From IMG/VR virus record IMGVR_UViG_3300032287_003559, positions 32,001-96,000 of that record: a stretch of 64,000 bases of DNA. One strand, given 5' to 3'. Numbering within the stretch: the stretch's first letter is position 1; each line of letters begins with the position of its first letter. Source of the stretch: a virus. The notes under the pieces are model-generated. The model was given only the letters and a program-made list of their open reading frames with translations, ran no database searches and was not told the origin of the DNA. The position numbers and the translations under genes were made by a program. Shown here in pieces: positions 1 through 10,248 of this stretch.

Positions 1-1
1 A

Positions 2-802
2 AGAAAACTGGGAGCACCAGTCTTGGAAATTAATGTAGCTGATGAGCAAATTGAAGATTTAGTTGATGATGCTATACAGTTTTTTCAAGAGCGTCATTTT
101 GATGGCGTATATCCAACATTTTTCAAATATCAATTTACTCAAGATGATGTTGATAGAGGTAGAGCAAGGGGAGCAAATTCTAGCGTAGGAATTGTAACTA
201 CTAATGTTACTGCAAATGTTGCAGGAATAACAACTACTTTTAAATATGAGGAAAATAGCAATTATTTGCAAGTTCCTCCAGGAGTCATAGGTGTAAATAA
301 AATATTCCAATATGATGGATCTAACACTATTACACATAACATGTTCAGTGTTAAGTATCAGTTATTCTTGAATGATATTTATTATTGGGGAACTACTGAG
401 CTTTTGTCTTATGCAATGGTAAAAACATACTTAGAAGATTTGGATTTTCTACTCAACACGCAGAAGCAGATTCGTTTCAATAAAAGACAAGATAGACTTT
501 ATCTTGATATTGATTGGGGAGCCGTAAATGTAGGAAGCTACGTTATAATTGATTGTTATTCGGTGTTGGATCCAAATGATTATAGTCGGGTTTGGAATGA
601 TTCATTTATTAAACCATACTTAACATCATTGATAAAAAAACAATGGGGACAGAATATGATGAAATTTACTGGTGTTAAACTTCCAGGTGGCGTTGAACTT
701 AATGGTCGTCAAATGTATGATGATGCCCAAAGAGAACTTGATATTTTAATGGAAAAAATGTCGAATACTTATGAACTTCCACCTCTAGACATGGTTGGTT
801 AA
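2..802 (+). CDS. gp13: Neck protein gp13 (5'-truncated by window)
   Basis: Frame is open from position 2 (RKLGAPVLEINVADEQ). C-terminal KQWGQNMMKFTGVKLPGGVELNG...ELPPLDMVG is typical of gp13. Precedes gp14-gp15. Confidence 0.92.
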   Translation, partial: RKLGAPVLEINVADEQIEDLVDDAIQFFQERHFDGVYPTFFKYQFTQDDVDRGRARGANSSVGIVTTNVTANVAGITTTFKYEENSNYLQVPPGVIGVNKIFQYDGSNTITHNMFSVKYQLFLNDIYYWGTTELLSYAMVKTYLEDLDFLLNTQKQIRFNKRQDRLYLDIDWGAVNVGSYVIIDCYSVLDPNDYSRVWNDSFIKPYLTSLIKKQWGQNMMKFTGVKLPGGVELNGRQMYDDAQRELDILMEKMSNTYELPPLDMVG

Positions 803-806
803 TTAA

Positions 807-2222
807 ATGCTTAATCCATTTTTTCTTCAAGGTTCTGAATCAGAGAGAAATCTTATTCAAGATTTGGTCAATGAACAATTGAGAATGTATGGAATTGAAG
901 TTTATTATTTGCCAAGAAAGTATATTACACAAAAAACTGTTATAAAAGAAGTTATAGAATCTTCGTTTGAAGATGCTTATCCAATAGAAGCTTATCTAGT
1001 AAGTTATGAGGGATATGGAGATAATCCAACTATTCTTTCAAAATTTGGAATTCAAGCACTTAATGAATTAACTTTAACCATATCAAGAGAGAGATTTGAA
1101 ACATATATTTCTCCTCTTATGAAAAATGAACAAAATATTCGATTATCTACTAGACCGAAAGAAGGAGATTTAATTTATTTTCCTCTTGGAGATCGTTTGT
1201 TTGAAATAAAATATGTCGAACATGAACAACCATTCTATCAAATTAATGGAAATACTAGTTATGATTTACGATGCGAATTATTCAGATATGAAGACGAAGT
1301 AATTGATACCGGAATATCTGAGATTGATAATTATATTGGTGGAACTGGTACAGGCGATGTAGATTATGAAACTAATGTTTACGCATCGATTCAAACATTA
1401 ACTCTTGTTGGGACTGCATCGACTGCATCTGCAATAACTACATTGGTTAACAATGGTATAAGATTCTTTACTGTTACTAATAGGGGTGGTGGATACTCTT
1501 ATCCACCAAGAGTTGCAATTTCTTCTGCACCAACGGGCGGTATGACTGGTGTAGGATCAGCAACAATGATTGGTGGTATTGTTGTTTGCGACAGGAATGT
1601 TAATCCCAATTTAAAATCAGTTCAATCTGTGGAAGTTATAAACCCAGGATATGGATACACTATTGCACCTAAAGTTGCATTTTTTGGTGATGGTGTTGGA
1701 GCGGCGGCGACAGCAACAATTGGTAGTGGAATCGTAGGAGTAATAACGGTTACAAACGGAGGATCTGGATATACATCTCCACCGCCAATCACATTTGTGG
1801 GGATTTCGACTGTTTCTGCTGCTGCCACAGCAGTAGTAAGCTCCGCCGGAACTATTACGCAAATAAGAATAACGAATGCTGGTCTTGGATATTCACAGGC
1901 ACCAACAATTATAATAGGAAATCCTTCAACAACTTCCAGTGGAGATTATATTTTTAATGAAATAATAACAGGATCAATAAGCAACACTACAGCAAGAGTT
2001 AGATCGTGGAATTCTGTGACTAATAAACTTGAAATTTCAAATGTATCTGGAGAATTTGCAATTTCAGAATCTATTATTGGATCAGATTCTGGCGCTTCGC
2101 ATGTATTAAGAGTAGTTGATTCAACCCCAGTCAATGATGGATTTTCAGATAATAAAAATATAGAAACAGAAGCAGATTCAATCATAGATTTTAGTGAGAT
2201 AAATCCGTTCGGAATGCCGTAG
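807..2222 (+). CDS. gp14: Neck protein gp14 with inserted Gly/Thr-rich repeat domain
   Basis: MLNPFFLQGS start, RPKEGDLIYFP and EIKYVEHEQPFYQ motifs, C-terminal DFSEINPFG; synteny. Confidence 0.9.
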   Translation: MLNPFFLQGSESERNLIQDLVNEQLRMYGIEVYYLPRKYITQKTVIKEVIESSFEDAYPIEAYLVSYEGYGDNPTILSKFGIQALNELTLTISRERFETYISPLMKNEQNIRLSTRPKEGDLIYFPLGDRLFEIKYVEHEQPFYQINGNTSYDLRCELFRYEDEVIDTGISEIDNYIGGTGTGDVDYETNVYASIQTLTLVGTASTASAITTLVNNGIRFFTVTNRGGGYSYPPRVAISSAPTGGMTGVGSATMIGGIVVCDRNVNPNLKSVQSVEVINPGYGYTIAPKVAFFGDGVGAAATATIGSGIVGVITVTNGGSGYTSPPPITFVGISTVSAAATAVVSSAGTITQIRITNAGLGYSQAPTIIIGNPSTTSSGDYIFNEIITGSISNTTARVRSWNSVTNKLEISNVSGEFAISESIIGSDSGASHVLRVVDSTPVNDGFSDNKNIETEADSIIDFSEINPFGMP

Positions 2223-2230
2223 TATAAATA
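2223..2230 (+). promoter_or_regulatory. T4-type late promoter TATAAATA
   Basis: Exact consensus, intergenic, upstream of gp15; gp55 sigma factor is encoded in the window. Confidence 0.75.
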
Positions 2231-2270
2231 TATTTTATTATGATCAAATACTAGTAAAAAATTTATAGCA

Positions 2271-3272
2271 ATGTTTGAATATTTTTATAACGAAATCTTA
2301 AGAAAAACCGTAATTGCTTTTGGTTCTTTATTTAATGGTATAGAAATAAAGCATACGAATACATCAGATAATGTTGTTAGTGTTATAAAAGTTCCACTTG
2401 CGTATGGACCAACACAAAAGTTTTTGGCTAGACTTGAGCAATCTGCAGATCTTAGTCAAAAAACTCAAATAACTTTACCAAGAATGTCATTTGAGTTTAC
2501 TGGATTGACTTATGATGCAACAAGAAAAGTCACAACAACTCAAACATTTACTGTAAAAGATTCCACTGACGGCACAGAAACGAAGAAAGTTTTTATGCCT
2601 GTTCCATATAATATGCAATTTGAATTAAGCATTATGTCAAAACTTAATGATGATTGCCTTCAAATAGTTGAGCAAATTTTACCTTATTTTCAACCAGCTT
2701 ATTCTTTAACAGTTGAACTATTAGACAACATTAATGAAAAAAGGGATATTCCAATAGTTTTAGAAAATATAACTATGCAGGATGACTATGAGGGCAATTT
2801 TACTACTAGAAGAGTTTTAATTTACACTCTAAGATTTACAGCAAAAACATATTTGTTTGGACCTGTTGCCTCTGCAACGAAGGATGTTATCAAAAGAGCT
2901 TCTATTGGATATATTTCGGGCGGAACTACTTCCTCTCCAAAAAGAGAAGTTGTATATGCTTCCGAACCTAGAGCAATTAAGAACTATACCGGAATTGTTG
3001 TTGCAAACATCACTAAAGATATTGGAACGTCAGATACACTAATTTCAGTAAATAATGCAAGTCAAATTAGTGCAAATAGTTACATTGAGATTGAGGGTGA
3101 AGAAATTTACATTAAATCAAAATCTGGAAATGTTCTTACAGTTGAAAGAGGTAGAGATGGGACAAATATTATCTCGCATATTTCTGGAGCAGAAGTCAAA
3201 TCAATCACTACTGCAGACAATCTTCTAATTGAAGAAGGTGACGATTTTGGATTTAGTGGATCAATCGTATAA
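2271..3272 (+). CDS. gp15: Tail sheath stabilizer/terminator gp15
   Basis: YFYNEILRKTVIAFGSLFN, VPLAYGP.QKF, LPRMSFE, QIVEQILPYFQP motifs. Confidence 0.92.
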   Translation: MFEYFYNEILRKTVIAFGSLFNGIEIKHTNTSDNVVSVIKVPLAYGPTQKFLARLEQSADLSQKTQITLPRMSFEFTGLTYDATRKVTTTQTFTVKDSTDGTETKKVFMPVPYNMQFELSIMSKLNDDCLQIVEQILPYFQPAYSLTVELLDNINEKRDIPIVLENITMQDDYEGNFTTRRVLIYTLRFTAKTYLFGPVASATKDVIKRASIGYISGGTTSSPKREVVYASEPRAIKNYTGIVVANITKDIGTSDTLISVNNASQISANSYIEIEGEEIYIKSKSGNVLTVERGRDGTNIISHISGAEVKSITTADNLLIEEGDDFGFSGSIV

Positions 3273-3281
3273 AAAATTAAC

Positions 3282-3731
3282 ATGAAAATGACAAAAAAAT
3301 TTGATGATTTGAATGATGCATTTAATATTGCGGGAGAAATAATTTCTACTGATTCGGAAACTAATATTGAAAAAATAGAAAATAAAGTAGAAAATATTGC
3401 AAACATATCTGAAGATATTAAAAAAGATTATGATTATACTAGAGGTAATCTCTATTCTTTAATAGAAAAGGGGCAAGAAGCAATCAATGGAATTTTGGAA
3501 CTAGCACAAGAAAGTGAAATGCCTCGTGCTTATGAAGTCGCTGGACAACTTATAAAAAATGTTGCAGATATTGCAGATAAATTGATGGATCTTCAAAAGA
3601 AACTCAAAGATATTGATGAAAATACCTCAAATAAAGGACCAACGACAGTTAACAATGCTTTATTTGTTGGATCCACCGCAGAGCTAGCGAAACTTTTAAA
3701 GCAACAGTCTCAAGACACAAAAAATCAATAA
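3282..3731 (+). CDS. gp16: Terminase small subunit gp16
   Basis: DYDYTRGNLY, PRAYEVAGQLIK, NNALFVGSTAEL motifs; synteny. Confidence 0.9.
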   Translation: MKMTKKFDDLNDAFNIAGEIISTDSETNIEKIENKVENIANISEDIKKDYDYTRGNLYSLIEKGQEAINGILELAQESEMPRAYEVAGQLIKNVADIADKLMDLQKKLKDIDENTSNKGPTTVNNALFVGSTAELAKLLKQQSQDTKNQ

Positions 3732-3756
3732 ATATAAAAAGATTCAGAGTATATAA

Positions 3757-5433
3757 ATGCAAAGGTTTAAACCACATAAAACGGTTGAGCAAATAGCAAA
3801 AAAACATCGTTTAGACGTTGCATTTATACAAAAGCAACTTGATATTGGAGAGCCTATAGAACACGAGCATACTAATGACCATGCTCTTGCAAGAGATATT
3901 GCTCTTCAACATTTGGATGAAATTCCAGACTATTATACTCGTCTTAAAAAAATGGAAGCATCTGCAAAGAAAGAACATAAAAAATTTAAAGATGTAAAAG
4001 AATCTCACGAAGAACAAAGATATTGTCCATTATGTGATAAAAGAGAAACTAGATCGGAGTGTAGTTATGGGGAAAAAGCATGGGATAAGGTATCCGTAAA
4101 AGATGAAGAATATTCAATGGTTCGCTCAGAATTAAAAACTATGGCGGATGCTATTAAGAGATTGGAAATGAAAGTTGGAAAAGGTGAAGGAAATTTAGAA
4201 GCATGGGTACAATCAAAAATCACTAAAGCAGCAGATTATATCGATACTGCAGCAGACTATGTTACAAACGAAGAAATAGAAGAGTCATGCTGGAAGGGAT
4301 ATAAGCAGATAGGAATGAAGAAAAAAGGAAAAAAAACTGTACCAAATTGCGTACCAGAAGAAACTAAATTGGTAGAAAAGATTATTGCTGAGATTATTGA
4401 GGAATCAAAATCGGGAGATTCTTCTCTGCACGATTGGTTCACCAAAAGTAAATCATCGGATGGAAAACCAGGGTGGGTTCAATTAGGTGGAAAATATGCA
4501 GGAAAACCATGTGCAAAACAACCGGGACAAACAACAAAACCAAAATGCGGTAGTTCCAAAATGTCTGCAGAAATGTCCCCAGAAGAGGAAGAAAGAGCTG
4601 CAAGAAGAAAAAGAAAGGAAGATCCAAATCCAGAGAGATCTGGTAAAGCAAGAAATGTTGCAACCGAAGAATACGTCGATGAGGATGCATGTAAAGAAAA
4701 AGTAAAATCGAGATATAAAATTTGGCCAAGTGCATATGCATCTGGAGCACTTGTAAAGTGCCGTAAAGTTGGATCTAAAAATTGGGGCAATAAGTCAAAG
4801 TCTAAAAATGAAGACGTTACTATTGAAGATTTGAATGGTAACACATTTGCAGAAGTTATTGATGTTATTAAACCAGATCCAATTAAAGGTTTTAAATCCC
4901 AGATAGAAGAAGCAACAAGACTTCAATCTGAAACTGGAAATATCATTGCGGTTGTTTTAAGTTGGAGGGGAAAAACATATTCAATTAGAATGTTTTTCCC
5001 ACAAGTATCAATTCCATCAAAAAAAGAAGTAACCTCAGAAATACAAAAAATATACCCAGGATCTATTGTTTTGCAATTCAATGTTTCATCAATTCAAGCG
5101 GGAATGCCGCTCATTCAAGTAGTAAATTCTAAATCAAAAAATTATCTTTTAAACAACAAAACAATTGGTGAAGAAACTATAGAAGAAGTTGCTGCATGGC
5201 AGCGTAAGGAAGGAAAAAACCAAAGTGGTGGACTTAATGAAAAGGGAAGAAAATCTTACGAAAGAGAAAATCCGGGAAGTGACCTTAAAGCGCCAAGCAA
5301 AAAAGTAGGAAATCCGCGTAGAGCATCATTCTGCGCCAGAATGAGGGGAATGAAAAACAAATTGACTTCAGCAAAAACTGCAAATGATCCAAATTCAAGA
5401 ATTAATAAATCACTTAGAGCCTGGAATTGTTAA
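3757..5433 (+). CDS. Hypothetical multi-module basic protein, probable internal virion polyprotein
   Basis: 558-aa ORF after AATAAATA late promoter; small Lys/Cys-rich modules separated by acidic EE linkers. Confidence 0.75.
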   Translation: MQRFKPHKTVEQIAKKHRLDVAFIQKQLDIGEPIEHEHTNDHALARDIALQHLDEIPDYYTRLKKMEASAKKEHKKFKDVKESHEEQRYCPLCDKRETRSECSYGEKAWDKVSVKDEEYSMVRSELKTMADAIKRLEMKVGKGEGNLEAWVQSKITKAADYIDTAADYVTNEEIEESCWKGYKQIGMKKKGKKTVPNCVPEETKLVEKIIAEIIEESKSGDSSLHDWFTKSKSSDGKPGWVQLGGKYAGKPCAKQPGQTTKPKCGSSKMSAEMSPEEEERAARRKRKEDPNPERSGKARNVATEEYVDEDACKEKVKSRYKIWPSAYASGALVKCRKVGSKNWGNKSKSKNEDVTIEDLNGNTFAEVIDVIKPDPIKGFKSQIEEATRLQSETGNIIAVVLSWRGKTYSIRMFFPQVSIPSKKEVTSEIQKIYPGSIVLQFNVSSIQAGMPLIQVVNSKSKNYLLNNKTIGEETIEEVAAWQRKEGKNQSGGLNEKGRKSYERENPGSDLKAPSKKVGNPRRASFCARMRGMKNKLTSAKTANDPNSRINKSLRAWNC

Positions 5434-5450
5434 TATAAGAGAAATTTATT

Positions 5451-7100
5451 ATGGCCGATGATATTTACTTAGGTAATCCTAATCTAAAAAAAGCAAATAC
5501 TGCTATAGAATTTACTCAAGATCAAATTCTTGAGTTTGTAAAATGTAAAAATGATCCAGTTTATTTTGCAAAAAATTATGTGAAGATTGTCACATTGGAT
5601 CATGGTCTTATGCCTTTTGAAATGTACCCATTTCAAGAAAAATTGGTTAATAACTTTCATAAGCATAGGTTTAATATTTGCAAGATGCCGCGCCAGACCG
5701 GAAAGTCAACTACTGTGGTATCTTTTCTTTTACACTATGCAGTTTTTAACGATAATGTAAATATTGGTATTCTTGCAAACAAAGCAGCTACTGCTAGAGA
5801 ATTATTAGATAGACTTCAAACAGCTTATGAGAATCTTCCCAAATGGATGCAGCAAGGAATCATCTCTTGGAACAAAGGATCTTTGGAACTGGAAAATGGA
5901 AGTAAAATCTTGGCTGCTTCTACTTCTGCTTCTGCGGTTAGGGGCATGTCTTTCAATATCCTATTTTTGGACGAATTTGCGTTCGTTCCGAATCACATTG
6001 CAGATTCGTTCTTTGCTTCTGTTTATCCTACAATTACTTCGGGCAAAAACACAAAAGTAATCATTGTTTCTACACCGCACGGTATGAATCATTTTTACCG
6101 AATGTGGCATGATGCTGAAAAAGGAAAAAACGAATATGTCTTTACAGATGTTCATTGGAGTGAAGTTCCGGGAAGAGATGAACAATGGAAGGCACAAACC
6201 ATTGCAAATACTTCAGAGCAACAATTTAAAGTAGAATTTGAGTGCGAATTTCTTGGATCTGTTGATACTTTGATTGCCCCATCAAAACTTAGAAGCCTTG
6301 TCTATGACCATCCTAAGACTCGTAGCGCGGGTTTAGATGTTTATTTGGATCCGGTAGATCAACATGATTATTTAATTACTGTAGACGTTGCTAGGGGTGT
6401 TGGAAATGATTATTCGGCATTTACTGTTGTAGATATAACTCAATTTCCTCATAGAGTTGTTGCAAAATATAGAAATAATGAAATAAAACCGATGCTTTTT
6501 CCAAGCATAATTCATGAGACAGCAATTGCTTATAATGATGCATATATTCTCTGTGAAGTAAATGATGTTGGAGATCAAGTAGCAAGTATTCTCCAGTATG
6601 ACTTAGAGTATAATAATCTTCTTATGTGCTCTATGAGAGGAAGAGCTGGTCAAATTGTTGGGCAAGGATTTAGTGGAAAGAAAACACAACTTGGAGTTAA
6701 GATGTCCAAAACTGTAAAAAAAGTTGGATGTCTTAATCTCAAGACTATGATAGAAGAAAATAAATTATATTTGAACGATTATGAAATAATTAGTGAACTT
6801 ACAACTTTTATTCAGAAGCACAATTCATTTGAAGCTGAAGAGGGATGTAATGACGATTTGGCAATGTGTTTGGTAATTTATGCATGGTTAGTTGCTCAAG
6901 ATTATTTTAAAGAGTTAACTGATCAAGATGTAAGAAAACGTCTTTATGAAGAGCAAAAAAATCAAATAGAACAGGATATGTCCCCATTTGGATTCATATC
7001 AGATGGATTAGATGAAGAAAGTTTTGTAGATGTTGATGGAGATAGGTGGCATCTTGATGAGTATGGTGATATGGCTCATATGTGGAATTATATGACGTAA
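5451..7100 (+). CDS. gp17: Terminase large subunit gp17
   Basis: YLGNPNLK start, Walker A PRQTGKST, Walker B LFLDEFAF, nuclease motifs DVARG and DDLAM. Confidence 0.97.
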   Translation: MADDIYLGNPNLKKANTAIEFTQDQILEFVKCKNDPVYFAKNYVKIVTLDHGLMPFEMYPFQEKLVNNFHKHRFNICKMPRQTGKSTTVVSFLLHYAVFNDNVNIGILANKAATARELLDRLQTAYENLPKWMQQGIISWNKGSLELENGSKILAASTSASAVRGMSFNILFLDEFAFVPNHIADSFFASVYPTITSGKNTKVIIVSTPHGMNHFYRMWHDAEKGKNEYVFTDVHWSEVPGRDEQWKAQTIANTSEQQFKVEFECEFLGSVDTLIAPSKLRSLVYDHPKTRSAGLDVYLDPVDQHDYLITVDVARGVGNDYSAFTVVDITQFPHRVVAKYRNNEIKPMLFPSIIHETAIAYNDAYILCEVNDVGDQVASILQYDLEYNNLLMCSMRGRAGQIVGQGFSGKKTQLGVKMSKTVKKVGCLNLKTMIEENKLYLNDYEIISELTTFIQKHNSFEAEEGCNDDLAMCLVIYAWLVAQDYFKELTDQDVRKRLYEEQKNQIEQDMSPFGFISDGLDEESFVDVDGDRWHLDEYGDMAHMWNYMT

Positions 7101-7330
7101 TGGAATTAGATAAACAAATAAAACTTGGACATTTATTGCTCACCGATAGAAAATGTAGAGTTTGTGGCGAAATAAAGAATCTAACAGATGACTTTTATAG
7201 GACTAGAAAAAACCGAGGACCAGTTGCATCATCTTATTCTTATGAATGTAAAGATTGTACAGTAAAGAGGGTGATAGAAGCGAGAAGAAATAAGCCATAT
7301 CAAAGTGACTGGGAATACCCAAATTGGTAA
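7100..7330 (+). CDS. Small Zn-finger protein (CxxC...CxxC)
   Basis: KCRVCGEIK...YECKDC; ATG overlaps the gp17 stop (TAATG). Confidence 0.7.
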   Translation: MELDKQIKLGHLLLTDRKCRVCGEIKNLTDDFYRTRKNRGPVASSYSYECKDCTVKRVIEARRNKPYQSDWEYPNW

Positions 7331-7412
7331 GTAGTTCACCACACATTTCCCCACCGTAAAGTAATTTTTTAATAAATATTTTCAGATAAACTGAGACTTT
7401 ACGGAGAAAAAC

Positions 7413-9611
7413 ATGGCGACTCCTCAATTATCTCCAGGCGTACTCGTCAGAGAGGTTGATCTAACAGTAGGAAGAGCTGATAATGTTTTAAATAACATTG
7501 GAGCAATTGCAGGTCCTTTCCCAATTGGACCCGTAGATTTTCCAATTGATATTGCAACCGAACAAGATTTAATCAATACTTTCGGCAAACCAATTTCATC
7601 AGACACACAATACGAATATTGGATGAGTGCATCCTCCTACCTTTCATATGGAGGGGTTCTAAAAGTTGTTAGAACTGATGGAGCAACTTTAAATAACGCC
7701 AATGCGGGTGTTGGTATTGGTACTACAGCTAGTGCTAAAATCAAAAATTATGATGATTACCTATCCAATTGGTCTGAAGCAACTAATTTCACTTATGCAG
7801 CAAAAAATCCAGGAACATGGGCAAACGGATTAAAAGTTTGCTTTATCGATAACTATGCTGACCAAACTATTGGTATTGCATCAACTAACCCAGGAAACCT
7901 AGGCGCTGCTATTGGACTTGGAGTTACTGCAACTCTTACAAACGTGGTCCTCTCAGGTGCAGGGTCAACATCGTTGTTTAATGGATATCTTAAAGGAATT
8001 ATTACTGGGGTTACTACAGATACTGTAGCAGGAAATAGTTCGATTGATGTTCATGTCATTTCTAGAGTTTCTTCTGCTGGAACAGAGACCTTCATCAATT
8101 ATGCTCAAGGAACTACTTCAGCATCATTCACAACTGCAAGTACAATTAGATTTATAAACACAACTGGAATTGCTACTGGAGCATCTGCAGCAACTGGAGT
8201 AACTCCATCATCAGTTGTTGACTGGTATGATCAACAAACTTTAGGTCTTACAAATAGCACAATTTTCTGGAAATCGATAGCACCAAAACCAACATCTAAT
8301 CAATATTCTATTGATAGATCTGGCGAAAACGATGCTATGCATATTGCCGTGGTTGATGACTTAGGAACAATCACAGGAAGCCAAGGAGCCTTAATTGAAA
8401 AGCACGTAGGCATTTCAAAGGCTCTTGATGCAGTGTCTTCGGTCAATTCCCCACAGAAAATATGGTATAAGCAGTATCTTGCAGATTTTTCAACACAAAT
8501 CTGGGCTGGGGTCAATCCATCATCTGGTGCGGATTCTTTCTGGGGAACTTCACCAAGAGCAATTGGATTCTCTACTTTCTTTACTCCATATACTACAGCA
8601 CAAGGTCTCTGGGGACAAAACGCACAAGGAATCAAATTCAGTGCAATTGGAAATAAAACTTATAACTTAAGTGGTGGAACCAACTACTCAGCTGCTGGCG
8701 GATATGCAGCCACTCTCGGAGATTTACAAAACTCATACAATCTTTTCTCAAATAAAGATAATATCCAAGTTGATTACTTGATCATGGGTCCTGGTTTGAC
8801 CAACAAATCAGATTCACAAGCAAAGGCAGGTTATCTAATATCTCTTGCTGATGGAAGAAAGGATTGTATGGCGGTTATTGGACCACATAGAGCGGATTTG
8901 ATTGGTGTTACAAACAATGTAACCCAAACAACTAACTTAATTAACTACTTTAGCCCCCTTTCCTCCTCATCATATGCAGTATTTGATAGTGGATATAAGT
9001 ACACTTATGATAGATTTAATAATAGATTCGTATATATTCCTTGCAATGCTGATGTTGCAGGTCTAATGTGCCGTACAAACATTGTTGCATATCCATGGTT
9101 CTCCCCTGCTGGACAGCAAAGAGGAGTTTTAAACAATGTTGTAAAACTTGCATATAATCCATCCAAAGCACAAAGAGATCAACTCTATCCATTAAGAATC
9201 AATTCGATTGTTACACAACCAGGAGTTGGGACACTTCTCTTTGGAGACAAAACTGCAATTGGTTATGCATCAGCTTTTGATCGTATTAATGTTCGCCGCC
9301 TGTTCCTTACGGTAGAGCAAGCGTTGCAAAAAGCAGCACAAGCTCAACTCTTTGAACTCAATGACGAACTAACAAGAGCAAACTTCAGAAACATTGTTGA
9401 ACCATACCTCCGTGATATTCAAGCAAAGAGAGGTCTTTATGGTTTCCTTGTTGTTTGCGATACTTCAAATAACACTCCAGATGTTATTGATAACAATGAA
9501 TTTAGAGCTGATATCTACCTGAAACCATCCAAGTCTATCAACTACGTCACTCTGACCTTTGTGGCCACCAGAACTGGTGTAAGTTTTGAAGAAGTTGCTG
9601 GTACAGTTTGA
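7413..9611 (+). CDS. gp18: Tail sheath protein gp18
   Basis: LSPGVLVREVDLT start, WFSPAG..RG, FDRINVRRLF, C-terminal FVATRTGVSFEE. Confidence 0.97.
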   Translation: MATPQLSPGVLVREVDLTVGRADNVLNNIGAIAGPFPIGPVDFPIDIATEQDLINTFGKPISSDTQYEYWMSASSYLSYGGVLKVVRTDGATLNNANAGVGIGTTASAKIKNYDDYLSNWSEATNFTYAAKNPGTWANGLKVCFIDNYADQTIGIASTNPGNLGAAIGLGVTATLTNVVLSGAGSTSLFNGYLKGIITGVTTDTVAGNSSIDVHVISRVSSAGTETFINYAQGTTSASFTTASTIRFINTTGIATGASAATGVTPSSVVDWYDQQTLGLTNSTIFWKSIAPKPTSNQYSIDRSGENDAMHIAVVDDLGTITGSQGALIEKHVGISKALDAVSSVNSPQKIWYKQYLADFSTQIWAGVNPSSGADSFWGTSPRAIGFSTFFTPYTTAQGLWGQNAQGIKFSAIGNKTYNLSGGTNYSAAGGYAATLGDLQNSYNLFSNKDNIQVDYLIMGPGLTNKSDSQAKAGYLISLADGRKDCMAVIGPHRADLIGVTNNVTQTTNLINYFSPLSSSSYAVFDSGYKYTYDRFNNRFVYIPCNADVAGLMCRTNIVAYPWFSPAGQQRGVLNNVVKLAYNPSKAQRDQLYPLRINSIVTQPGVGTLLFGDKTAIGYASAFDRINVRRLFLTVEQALQKAAQAQLFELNDELTRANFRNIVEPYLRDIQAKRGLYGFLVVCDTSNNTPDVIDNNEFRADIYLKPSKSINYVTLTFVATRTGVSFEEVAGTV

Positions 9612-9645
9612 TTTTTAATTAAACCAAAAAAGGAGGAACTAAAAA

Positions 9646-10212
9646 ATGGCACATTCTATTCAGGATTTTAAATCAGCACTTGTTGGGGGCGGTGCCCGCC
9701 CCAATCTATTCCAAGTTGAAATTCCAGCACCACCAGCAGGAGTAAATTTAACTTCGAATTTCCCAATTCTTTGCAAAACTGCCGCACTGCCTGCATCAAA
9801 CATTGCTTCAATTGATATTCCTTTTAGAGGGAGAATCTTTAAGGTTGCAGGTGATCGTACATTTGATACTTGGACAATTACTGTTATCAATGATCAAGAC
9901 TTTACAATTAGAAAAGCATTTGAAACTTGGATGCAATCTATTGGACAGTATGGAGATGCTAGTGGTTTTACTGATCCATCCGATTATATGGTAGATGCAT
10001 TTGTTAAGCAGTTTAAGAGAGGTGCTTCCGCTACTGGAACTGGAGTTGCTACTGGAACCGGATTAGAAGTCGCTGCAACATATCAATTTTACAGCATTTT
10101 CCCAACCAATATTTCTGCAATTGATCTTTCATATGATACCTCAGATACAATTGAGGAATTTACTGTTGAATTCCAAGTTCAGTACTGGACACCTGCCGAA
10201 AATAAAGGCTAA
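9646..10212 (+). CDS. gp19: Tail tube protein gp19
   Basis: GGARPNLF, FRGR..KVAGDRTFDTW, IEEFTVEFQVQYW; strong AGGAGG RBS. Confidence 0.96.
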   Translation: MAHSIQDFKSALVGGGARPNLFQVEIPAPPAGVNLTSNFPILCKTAALPASNIASIDIPFRGRIFKVAGDRTFDTWTITVINDQDFTIRKAFETWMQSIGQYGDASGFTDPSDYMVDAFVKQFKRGASATGTGVATGTGLEVAATYQFYSIFPTNISAIDLSYDTSDTIEEFTVEFQVQYWTPAENKG

Positions 10213-10248
10213 TAAATAGTCTAAAGATAAAGACTAAAAAAATAAATT

